A stretch of DNA of 33,768 nucleotides, from assembly GCA_049302895.1 (NCBI GenBank), contig JBAQMN010000034.1, positions 1 through 33,768 on the forward strand. Reading direction: 5' to 3'. Made by a program: the position numbers and the translations under genes. Below are positions 1-7,186 of this stretch, in pieces. This DNA is from Actinomycetota bacterium (GTDB lineage: Bacteria > Actinomycetota > JAHEXW01 > JBAQMN01). Below the pieces are notes generated by a model that did not search any database, had not been told where the DNA came from, and saw only the letters and a program-made list of their open reading frames with translations. How positions within the stretch are numbered: the stretch's first letter is position 1; each line of letters begins with the position of its first letter.

Positions 1-861
1 ATTTTCCCCTTTGCTCTTGGCTTTGGCCTAATTTTGCTTCTCGGTCACTCATCTATCGAGGCCATGTTTGTCGGCACAGCCATGTCCGCTACGAGTATCG
101 GTATTACGGCTCGTGTTTTATCAGAGCTCAATCTCTTAGCTCGAAAATATAGCCGTGTTATTCTGGGAGCAGCCGTTCTTGACGATATCCTAGCGCTGCT
201 TCTGCTTGTAGCCGTCAGCGGCCTCGGGAGGGGCTCCCTCTCCTTGGTCAATCTTGCGTTGATAGTAGTCGAGGTTCTGGCCTTTCTTTTTATAACACTC
301 TTCGTGGTAAGAAGAATAGCCAAAAGAAGAGCCGCCTCCATCCTGAAGAGGCTTAACATCTCCAATGCTCCCTTCGCCGTGGCTATTGTTGTCTCTTTAG
401 GGCTGTCGGCGCTGTCCAGTTATATAGGGATGGCCGCCATTATTGGGGCTTTTTTGGCCGGAGTTATCTTTGCTGAAACGGAAGATAAATTCGTCCTTCA
501 GCGTGAGATTGCGCCGGTCTATGCCTTCCTCGTGCCTTTCTTTTTTGTGGTGATGGGAACAAAAGTGGATATCAAGCAGTTTGTAAATCCCACAGTCGTC
601 TGGTTGATGCTGGCTGTGATACTTCTGGCAATCATCGGCAAGCTGTTTGGTGGTTTCCTGGGTTCCACTATTCTGGGTTGGAGATCAGCTCTGAATGTCG
701 GTATCGGAATGATCCCTCGGGGAGAAGTTGGACTAATTGTTGCCAGCATCGGACTCGGCCTGGGCAAAGTCCCCTTGAATATGTATTCGATAGTTGTTTC
801 GATGTCCGTTATCACAACGCTGATTGTGCCGCCGATCTTAAAGCTCACAACTAAAGACTAA
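1..861 (+). CDS. cation:proton antiporter (Na+/H+ exchanger / Kef-type, CPA2-like), C-terminal part; the 5' end lies upstream of the window
   Basis: Frame 1 is open from nt 1 (IFPFALGFGLILLLGHSS...) into the 34..861 ORF. The protein is multi-pass and hydrophobic, with segments typical of this transporter family (GTAMSATSIGITARVL, IPRGEVGLIVA). Stop TAA at 859-861. Confidence 0.8.
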   Translation: MFPFALGFGLILLLGHSSIEAMFVGTAMSATSIGITARVLSELNLLARKYSRVILGAAVLDDILALLLLVAVSGLGRGSLSLVNLALIVVEVLAFLFITLFVVRRIAKRRAASILKRLNISNAPFAVAIVVSLGLSALSSYIGMAAIIGAFLAGVIFAETEDKFVLQREIAPVYAFLVPFFFVVMGTKVDIKQFVNPTVVWLMLAVILLAIIGKLFGGFLGSTILGWRSALNVGIGMIPRGEVGLIVASIGLGLGKVPLNMYSIVVSMSVITTLIVPPILKLTTKD

Positions 862-993
862 ACTTTTACCTTACTATATGCGACCATGTCGTGTAAAAAG
901 AAGGATCGAGCAGGCACTAACGTCCCGGCAGCGTATTTATTTGTCCTGTGAGGGGGTTTACTCAATCTCTGTCTTGTTCGAGGTTTGAGTCTT

Positions 994-1064
994 CATGATC
1001 GCTTCCGATAACTCGCGTAGAACATTTAGGTAAGAGTTCCAATTGTGACTACTTAAGTCTACCA
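994..1064. repeat. left copy of a diverged 71-nt direct repeat bracketing the AT-rich AbiE cassette
   Basis: Ungapped alignment to 2727..2797 gives roughly 70 percent identity by hand count. Conserved cores are cgataaYtcgcgtagaa, agttcca and gtctacca. The minus strand of both copies reads as a related C-terminal peptide. Confidence 0.6.
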
Positions 1065-1118
1065 GCTTCCATCTACGAACCCGACGAACCAGAAAGCTTT
1101 GTAGAGTAGTTCAATCAC

Positions 1119-1147
1119 TTGACCTCTTAGAAATCCTGGTATAGTAT
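1119..1147 (+). promoter_or_regulatory. candidate sigma-A type promoter for the first AbiE module
   Basis: TTGACC (1119-1124), 17-nt spacer, TAGTAT (1142-1147), about 40 nt upstream of the ATG at 1187. Confidence 0.3.
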
Positions 1148-1186
1148 ATATCGTAGCCAGATAGTAACATAGCGGGGTATTACTTT

Positions 1187-1963
1187 ATGGGTACAAAAAA
1201 TACAATCCTATCGAGAATAGATTTAGCTATTATTGAAGAGATACTTGCTCATTGTGGAAGTGTCACCGACTCTAATTGTATTTATGAGGCGCTCGCTAAG
1301 GAATATTCAAAAGCTGAGGTCAAAAACAAAATCAACAAGCTGAAGAAGGCAGGCTGGCTGGTCAGAATAAAAAGAGGGAAATATGCAGTTACAAATATTG
1401 AATCTCACAATTTTGCTAATATCTCGCCTCTAGTCTTAGCTTCTATTTTTGTATCTGATTCTTATGTTTCCTTTGAGCTTGCTTTGAATCACTATGGCCT
1501 TTTTGATCAGTTATCTAAAAGAGTTATTTCTGTAACTTCAAAGAAACCTAAAAAGTTTAATTTTCAAAATACTGAATACCTCTTTTCGAAAATTAAGTCT
1601 GAGCTGTATTTTGGCTTCAAAGAAGTCTCAATCGATAATCAAAAAGCCAACATTGCCGAGCTTGAAAAGGTTGTCTTAGACTACCTTTACTTTCGTAATG
1701 ATACTTACAGTATTGATCTTCTTTTAGAGAAGTTAACAGAAGGGCGAAGTGAACTAGATTTTGAAAAGCTTCAGAAGTATGCCTTGAAATACCCTCTCTT
1801 CGTCAAGCGACGCTTAGGCTTTCTCCTGGACATAATTGATGTTAACTCAGATAAACTGCACCAGGAAGTTAGGAAAAAGTCAGGCTATAGTAAACTAACC
1901 AAGAACTCCACTAAGTTTAATGCCAAATGGCGTCTCTACTATGAAGATCGATTTACTAAATAA
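1187..1963 (+). CDS. AbiEi-family antitoxin / transcriptional regulator (type IV TA system)
   Basis: The N-terminal winged-helix part ends in KKAGWLVRIKRGKYAV, the AbiEi_4-type signature (G-l-x-R-v-x-RG-x-Y). The size (258 aa) fits the family. The gene overlaps the following AbiEii-type gene by 23 nt. The protein is AT-rich and rich in K/N/I/F. Confidence 0.75.
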   Translation: MGTKNTILSRIDLAIIEEILAHCGSVTDSNCIYEALAKEYSKAEVKNKINKLKKAGWLVRIKRGKYAVTNIESHNFANISPLVLASIFVSDSYVSFELALNHYGLFDQLSKRVISVTSKKPKKFNFQNTEYLFSKIKSELYFGFKEVSIDNQKANIAELEKVVLDYLYFRNDTYSIDLLLEKLTEGRSELDFEKLQKYALKYPLFVKRRLGFLLDIIDVNSDKLHQEVRKKSGYSKLTKNSTKFNAKWRLYYEDRFTK

Positions 1964-2697
1964 ATCCCAACTCGCAGTTATCAACAAAAGAATCCTTCGC
2001 TATCCTTTAGCTGATGCCGAAAAGGACTATTTCTTAGCAGTTGTTTTAAAGATAATCTATGGTTCAAATCTTAATGACAAGCTGGTCTTTAAAGGTGGTA
2101 CAGCGCTAAACCATCTTTACCTAGATCAACTTCGTTTTTCTGAAGATTTGGACTTTGGAACACTTAACTCTGTGAGCTTGGAAGATCTCCAAGAAGTCTT
2201 CTCAGTATATGATTTTCTGGAAATCAAAAAGGTCTCACCATCAGATTTTTCGTTGAAAATTGACAGACTTAAGTTTATTGGTCCCTTGGGTCAGGCCAAC
2301 TCAATAAGAATGGATCTTGATTTGACTCAGGAAATAATTCAACCAATTCACCAGATGAACTATCACAATGTCTATGGGGTTGATGTTAAAGTCTGGCATG
2401 GATTTGAGTGAAATTTGTGCTGAAAAATTGAGGGCAATAAATGAGCGAGCCAGATACCGGGATTTCTATGATCTGGCAATGGCTTTTAAAAAGAAACCAG
2501 TAAAGTCTTCCGAGATTGTTGATATTCTCAAAAAGAAGGAGCTAAGGAAGGAGCTGAAAGAGGAGCACATTTTAAAAAACCTCAAAATAGCCCAAGAAGC
2601 AAAAGATAATGGTCTCGAAAATCTCTACTACCGGGAGGAGATTACAAAAGACGAGATAGAAAATGTACTTGGTAAATTATTACCACTGCTCGACTGA
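1941..2697 (+). pseudogene. AbiEii/AbiGii-family nucleotidyltransferase toxin, interrupted by a frameshift near 2390-2400
   Basis: The first part (1941..2411) contains KLVFKGGTALNHLYLDQLRFSEDLDF, the hallmark GGTAL...RFSEDLDF nucleotidyltransferase motif. The second part (frame +1, to 2697) continues with DLSEICAEKLRAINERARYRDFYDL, the conserved C-terminal AbiEii motif. The two ORFs overlap at 2368-2411 and together give about 255 aa. Confidence 0.75.
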
Positions 2698-2726
2698 AAT
2701 AGCTCTGTGATCAAATCTTATCTCTT

Positions 2727-2797
2727 CTTGATGACCTGCGATAATTCGCGTAGAATCTCTAAGTAGTAGTTCCAGTGGTGACCTGTAAGGTCTACCA
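2727..2797. repeat. right copy of the diverged 71-nt direct repeat bracketing the AT-rich AbiE cassette
   Basis: See 994..1064. The minus strand reads ...VVDLTGHHWNYYLEILRELSQVIKKR-stop, against ...LVDLSSHNWNSYLNVLRELSEAIMK... in the left copy. Confidence 0.6.
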
Positions 2798-2871
2798 CTC
2801 GGTTGTTCCGACAATCTCATCCTCGCTGGCCTGGTGTTTGCTGCGCACTTTTCACAGGTCGCTGCGGAGAC

Positions 2872-2941
2872 GGGCCGACACAGAGGTCGGCCCCTACGAG
2901 TTTTCGCAGTTCTCGGTAGGGGCGGACGTCCCTGTCCGCCC
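2872..2941. repeat. GC-rich palindromic intergenic element (GTAGGGG-hairpin family), copy 1
   Basis: gggccgac-acaga-gtcggccc + ctac ... ggtagg + ggcggac-gtccct-gtccgcc. This is two inverted hairpin units. It is about 90 percent identical to 16893..16965, apart from a 3-nt indel. Confidence 0.8.
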
Positions 2942-3141
2942 TTCGCAGGTCAATTCCCTACGGGTCGCAGACACACTTCGCTTACTCTGAATACCCTCGC
3001 TTCGCAGCATTTCAATTTTCGCTTTTTGGAATACTTTCGTTCTCGGGAAGAGCGAGCCGTGTATAGACAGCGAGTGACTCGCCGTCGCGTAGCCGCTATG
3101 GCGGAGCACGGCGTTCGAATCCCCCATAAATAATTTCTATT

Positions 3142-3194
3142 TGTTCACTATTTTGACTTGTTCATTATTAATGAACATGATAAAATAGTGAACA
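3142..3194. promoter_or_regulatory. nested palindromic operator overlapping the candidate promoter of the second AbiE-like module
   Basis: A perfect 13-bp inverted repeat, tgttcactatttt (3142-3154) / aaaatagtgaaca (3182-3194), encloses a perfect 19-nt palindrome, tgttcatta-t-taatgaaca (3159-3177). That gives four TGTTCA half-sites. Possible promoter: TTGTTC (3158-3163), 17 nt, TAAAAT (3181-3186) with an upstream TG. RBS ggagg at 3207-3211. Confidence 0.55.
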
Positions 3195-3219
3195 GAGACT
3201 GCTATAGGAGGAATTCGTT

Positions 3220-4299
3220 ATGAGAGAGACGGAAATCCTAAACGGATGCATAGAGCGACTAAATGAGTTGCCGAATATGACCGCACGTCTTCTGCGGCGT
3301 CAGCGGCGGGATGAGCAGGCTCGCTTTATCTGGGACGGTGTGGCTGAAATCAAAACTCCGCAGGGACGCTGGCGTGGCCTTCTCGAGGTTAAACAGAGGT
3401 TGACGGTTGTCCCTGCGAGGCACTGGGTTATGGTCCTGCAGGAGCTCTATCGCCAGGCGGGGCTTAAAGATCATGTCGCAATCCTCTGTACGGACTACAT
3501 TGGTGACACGGTTGCCCAGGAGCTTCGGGCGCAGAAAGCCAATTTTGTCGACGTAGCCGGAAACATGTTTCTGAATCTGCCAAGGGGACCGTACATCTAT
3601 GTGGAGGGTAAACGTCCTCTGATCGTGGCCGGTCGCAAGCCCGGCCGCCTTTTTGAGCCAACTGGGCTAAAGATTCTCCTGACACTCTTGTTGGATCCTG
3701 AGGCAATCAACTGGCCCTACCGTGCGATAGCCGAGGATGCTGGTGTTGCTCTAGGCACGGTCGGCTGGGTTATGCGAGATCTCAGGGAACGCGGCTTTGT
3801 TAAGCCCGTCGGCCCGCGTAAGGGACAACTCATCAATCGGCGAGAGCTCTTTGACCGCTGGGTCGCTGGATATGCTGAAAAGCTGCGTCCCAAGCTTGTT
3901 CTGGGTCGTTATAGAGCAAAAGAGACTGATTTGGGACAAGTGCTCAAATGGCTACCTGGTGAGCTAGCACGGAAACGCGTCCAATGGGCCCTAACCGGTG
4001 GCATCGCAGCTGATTTACTCATCGGGCACTACCGTGGCGAGGCACTAACCCTATTTGCCAACGGGTGGACCCCAAAGGTTGTAAGGGCTCTGAGATGGCT
4101 GCCAGCGGCTGATGGTCCTGTGACCATACTAAATGGATTTGGGAATTGCACGTTCAAAGGACCTACGATTGACCAGTCTCCACTCGCGGCCACACCTCTA
4201 ATTTATGCCGAACTACTGCATATGGGTGGGGACCGTGCTGGCGAGACAGCAGAGATAATTCGCAAGAAGTATATCGAGGAAAAGTTACGTGAGCCTTGA
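3220..4299 (+). CDS. AbiEi_3-type antitoxin-like protein with an N-terminal PD-(D/E)xK-like domain and a central winged-helix
   Basis: Central and C-terminal segments match my recollection of AbiEi_3 family proteins (LKILLTLLLDPEAINWPYRAIAEDAGVALGTVGWVMRDLRERGFV ... RRELFDRWVAGYAEKLRPKLVLGRY). The N-terminus has D39 ... E56-V-K58 (IWDGVAEI...LLEVKQ), a restriction-endonuclease-like motif. The gene overlaps the next one by 11 nt. Confidence 0.65.
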   Translation: MRETEILNGCIERLNELPNMTARLLRRQRRDEQARFIWDGVAEIKTPQGRWRGLLEVKQRLTVVPARHWVMVLQELYRQAGLKDHVAILCTDYIGDTVAQELRAQKANFVDVAGNMFLNLPRGPYIYVEGKRPLIVAGRKPGRLFEPTGLKILLTLLLDPEAINWPYRAIAEDAGVALGTVGWVMRDLRERGFVKPVGPRKGQLINRRELFDRWVAGYAEKLRPKLVLGRYRAKETDLGQVLKWLPGELARKRVQWALTGGIAADLLIGHYRGEALTLFANGWTPKVVRALRWLPAADGPVTILNGFGNCTFKGPTIDQSPLAATPLIYAELLHMGGDRAGETAEIIRKKYIEEKLREP

Positions 4300-5119
4300 T
4301 TTCGAAACTCAAGAAGCTGTTGCAAAATTGAAAAGTGTCTTAGAGGAGGCGCACATTAAGTACGTTCTCGTGGGTGCCCAGGTTCCTTTGTTCATGCTTA
4401 TGGGTGATTCAGCAGGGTCTTCCCAACCTGGTGCGCGGGAGACTAAGGACGTTGATACTGCTGTCTCTGTGAACAGTTGGCGCGAGTTCGAGCAGATCAA
4501 GAAGCAGTTAATGAAAGTAGGCTTTGTCACTCCCTCAGGCGGTCCTGAGCATCGTCTCGAGCTTGGACGCGGTGAGGTAGATCTACTTCCAGCGGGTCAA
4601 AAGATCTCGAATAAAGGCCGCATAATCTGGCCTAAGTCTGGCCAATCGATGGACATAACCGGATTTGCCGAAGCGTTCGAGCACGCGGTGGAGACAGAGA
4701 TCAGTCCTGGTCAGCGGGTACCGGTTGCTCCACTCTGGGTCTTTGTTATCTTAAAGATCGTGGCCTACGAAGATATAGGTCGTCGGAAAGATGCCTATGA
4801 TCTGGTGCTTGTCTTGCAGGAGTATGGTGTGAAAGACAATCGCAGGTTTGAGAACATTGAGATCATACCAGAGGGTATGGACTACGAGTTCAGTGGGGCC
4901 TTCCTCTGTGGCTACGACGTGGCCAAGCGGGCGCACTCATCGACTGTATCGAATGTTCTCAGCTATCTAGATAAGATGCTTGCGAGCGGTGAGTATGCGC
5001 CAATAGTAGATGCGATGATCAGGGAGGCGGGTCGGCTGGACGATGAGGCGTATCGACACACAATCTTCAAGTTACTCGCATCATTCCAAGCTGGCCTGCT
5101 TACTGGCCAGAAAGGTTGA
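4289..5119 (+). CDS. nucleotidyltransferase-fold protein, likely the AbiEii-like toxin partner
   Basis: GTG start overlaps the upstream stop. KYVLVGAQV ... TKDVDTAVSV ... VDLLP resembles the G-x-x-A / D-x-D / acidic triad of Pol-beta-fold nucleotidyltransferases. Position downstream of an AbiEi-type gene supports the call. Confidence 0.55.
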   Translation: MSLDFETQEAVAKLKSVLEEAHIKYVLVGAQVPLFMLMGDSAGSSQPGARETKDVDTAVSVNSWREFEQIKKQLMKVGFVTPSGGPEHRLELGRGEVDLLPAGQKISNKGRIIWPKSGQSMDITGFAEAFEHAVETEISPGQRVPVAPLWVFVILKIVAYEDIGRRKDAYDLVLVLQEYGVKDNRRFENIEIIPEGMDYEFSGAFLCGYDVAKRAHSSTVSNVLSYLDKMLASGEYAPIVDAMIREAGRLDDEAYRHTIFKLLASFQAGLLTGQKG

Positions 5120-5139
5120 TCTCCATGAAGCAAGCTCTT

Positions 5140-5169
5140 TTGCGTGACCACCGTATGCTTTGCTATAAT
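5140..5169 (+). promoter_or_regulatory. candidate sigma-A promoter upstream of tilS
   Basis: TTGCGT (5140-5145), 18-nt spacer, extended -10 TGcTATAAT (5161-5169). Confidence 0.35.
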
Positions 5170-5253
5170 TCGTGGGAAAGGATTTCCAGCGTAGTGACCA
5201 GTGGATTGCTCTTGAGTATCGGATCCGTGGTGAGCCGGCTGGGGCACACATAA

Positions 5254-6633
5254 TTGATTGAAAAGGTTCTTGTCACCGTCAAGAAGTACGGTATGCTAAA
5301 GAAAAAGGATAAGGTGCTAATAGCGGTCTCGGGAGGAGGAGATTCTTTAGCGCTTCTTTTCACCTTCCTTGAACTGAGAGACATCTTCGATCTTTCCCTC
5401 CATGTTTTTCATCTCAACCACATGATGCGCGGGAAGGCATCTGACGAGGATGCCCGCTTTGTCGAAGGCTTAGCTGGCAAACTCGGTCTCCCGGCTACTT
5501 TGCTTTCCTATGACGTTCCATCCTTCATCAAAAAACACAAACTCTCGCCGGAGGAGGGAGCCAGAGAGGTGCGCCACATGCTTCTTGATAAGGCTGCTTC
5601 TGACGTTAAAGCCGATCGGATCGCCCTGGGGCACACCTCCGACGACCAGGTGGAAACCTTTCTCATGAGATTGATCAGAGGGGCGGGTCTGGAAGGTTTA
5701 AGAGCTATTCTACCGGTTAGGGGACTTTACATCAGGCCTCTGATCGAAGTTAGTCGCGACGAAACCCACGCCTTCTGCCGCGAGAGAAACCTTAAACCTC
5801 GATTTGACGAATCCAACGTTGACCTTTCTTTCTTAAGAAACAAGATCCGGGGTGGGCTAATTCCTTATATAATCAAGAACTACAATCCCTCCTTTAAAGA
5901 AGAAGTGCTTCGCGAGATCCAGGTGATATCCGAGGATCAGGCATTACTGGAGAAGCTGAGCGAGCAGCAGTGGAAGCGAGTGGCCAGGCATGAGGAAGAA
6001 AGGGTTGTCCTTGATCGCCCAAAGATGCTTAAGTTTCCGCTCGCTTTGAGACGGCGCCTCCTAAGAAAAGCCATCTTAATCGTGCAGGGCAACCTTTATG
6101 GCATCACTTTTCAGCACATCGAAGACGTTTTAAATAAGGTTTTAATGGGGGAATCGGGAGCCTCTCTTGACCTCCCCAAGGGGTTAATAGTTTATCGAGA
6201 ATATGATATCATAGGAATAGCAAAAGGAAGAGTTGGAAAGAGGCTTCCTCCCGATTTCAGTGTGCCGCTAAAGATTCCAGGGGAGACGGAAATTTCTGTC
6301 TGGAACAAAAGGATTTCTGCCGTTCTGGTACCGGTCGAAAAAGCGGCTCTTCCAAAGACACGGGACGAAGCGGTTTTTGATTTTGGTGTGATTAAACTTC
6401 CTTTGGTTCTTCGGCGGATCCAAGCGGGTGATAGGTTTCGCCCTTTGGGGATGAAAGGGGAAAAGAAGCTTCAGGATTTTTTTGTTGACGAGAAAATTCC
6501 ACGTGAAGATAGAGAAAAAGCGCTGGTTGTGACCACAGCAGGACAAATCATCTGGGTGGTGGGAAGGAGAATCGACGACAGATTCAAACTGACCGAAAAA
6601 ACCAGGCAGGCGCTAATCCTAAAGGTGGAGTAG
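5254..6633 (+). CDS. tilS: tRNA(Ile)-lysidine synthetase
   Basis: PP-loop motif LIAVSGGGDSLAL. The 459-aa size and the position upstream of hpt-ftsH match the conserved tilS-hprT-ftsH arrangement. TTG start. Confidence 0.9.
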   Translation: MIEKVLVTVKKYGMLKKKDKVLIAVSGGGDSLALLFTFLELRDIFDLSLHVFHLNHMMRGKASDEDARFVEGLAGKLGLPATLLSYDVPSFIKKHKLSPEEGAREVRHMLLDKAASDVKADRIALGHTSDDQVETFLMRLIRGAGLEGLRAILPVRGLYIRPLIEVSRDETHAFCRERNLKPRFDESNVDLSFLRNKIRGGLIPYIIKNYNPSFKEEVLREIQVISEDQALLEKLSEQQWKRVARHEEERVVLDRPKMLKFPLALRRRLLRKAILIVQGNLYGITFQHIEDVLNKVLMGESGASLDLPKGLIVYREYDIIGIAKGRVGKRLPPDFSVPLKIPGETEISVWNKRISAVLVPVEKAALPKTRDEAVFDFGVIKLPLVLRRIQAGDRFRPLGMKGEKKLQDFFVDEKIPREDREKALVVTTAGQIIWVVGRRIDDRFKLTEKTRQALILKVE

Positions 6634-6636
6634 AGA

Positions 6637-7179
6637 GTGGAGAATGAGATCGGAGAGGTACTCGTAACCGAGGAAGAGATTCGAGCCAAAGTTAAAGAGC
6701 TCGCCAAGCGAATCTCCGAAGACTACAAAGATAAAGAACTTCTGCTTGTGGGAATTCTCAAGGGTGCTTTTATGTTTCTGGCCGATCTCTCCAGGGAACT
6801 GACCATTCCGGTTCAATTTGATTTTATTGCCGTCTCGAGTTACGGATCAGTCTCCAAATCCAGTGGTGTAGTACGGATCCTGAAAGATTTGGAGGCCGAT
6901 ATCGAGGGAAGACACGTACTAATAGTGGAAGATGTGATTGATACGGGGTTGACTCTGAACTATCTGATTAGAAATTTCAAGGTGCGGCGCCCGTCGACTC
7001 TGGAGATATGTGCTCTCTTAAGTAAGCCGGAGGTCCAGAGGGTGTCCCTGAACATTAAATATCTGGGTTTCTCTATCCCGGCAAAGTTTGTCGTTGGCTA
7101 CGGCTTAGACTTTGCTGAGAAGTACCGGAATCTTAAACACGTTGCTACTTTAAAGACAAAGGTGGCAACCGGGAGGTAA
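6637..7179 (+). CDS. hpt: hypoxanthine phosphoribosyltransferase
   Basis: PRPP-binding motif [14 protein letters not shown], 180 aa, GTG start preceded by aggtggag. Confidence 0.9.
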   Translation: MENEIGEVLVTEEEIRAKVKELAKRISEDYKDKELLLVGILKGAFMFLADLSRELTIPVQFDFIAVSSYGSVSKSSGVVRILKDLEADIEGRHVLIVEDVIDTGLTLNYLIRNFKVRRPSTLEICALLSKPEVQRVSLNIKYLGFSIPAKFVVGYGLDFAEKYRNLKHVATLKTKVATGR

Positions 7180-7186
7180 ATTAGAG

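Noticed and set aside
3081-3126. Possible tRNA 3' fragment or att site (ttcgaatccccc preceded by nested stems)
   Set aside because: The putative T-stem (cggcg / ccccc) cannot pair, and there is no acceptor-stem partner or match to the two tRNAs in the window. It is kept only as part of the description of the non-coding block.
2775-3133. Track ORFs 2775-2990 (+), 2834-3133 (+) and 2894-3127 (-)
   Set aside because: They translate palindromic repeat DNA (for example GRHRGRPL and VGADVPVRP from the GTAGGGG-hairpin element). They overlap one another in different frames and have no RBS.
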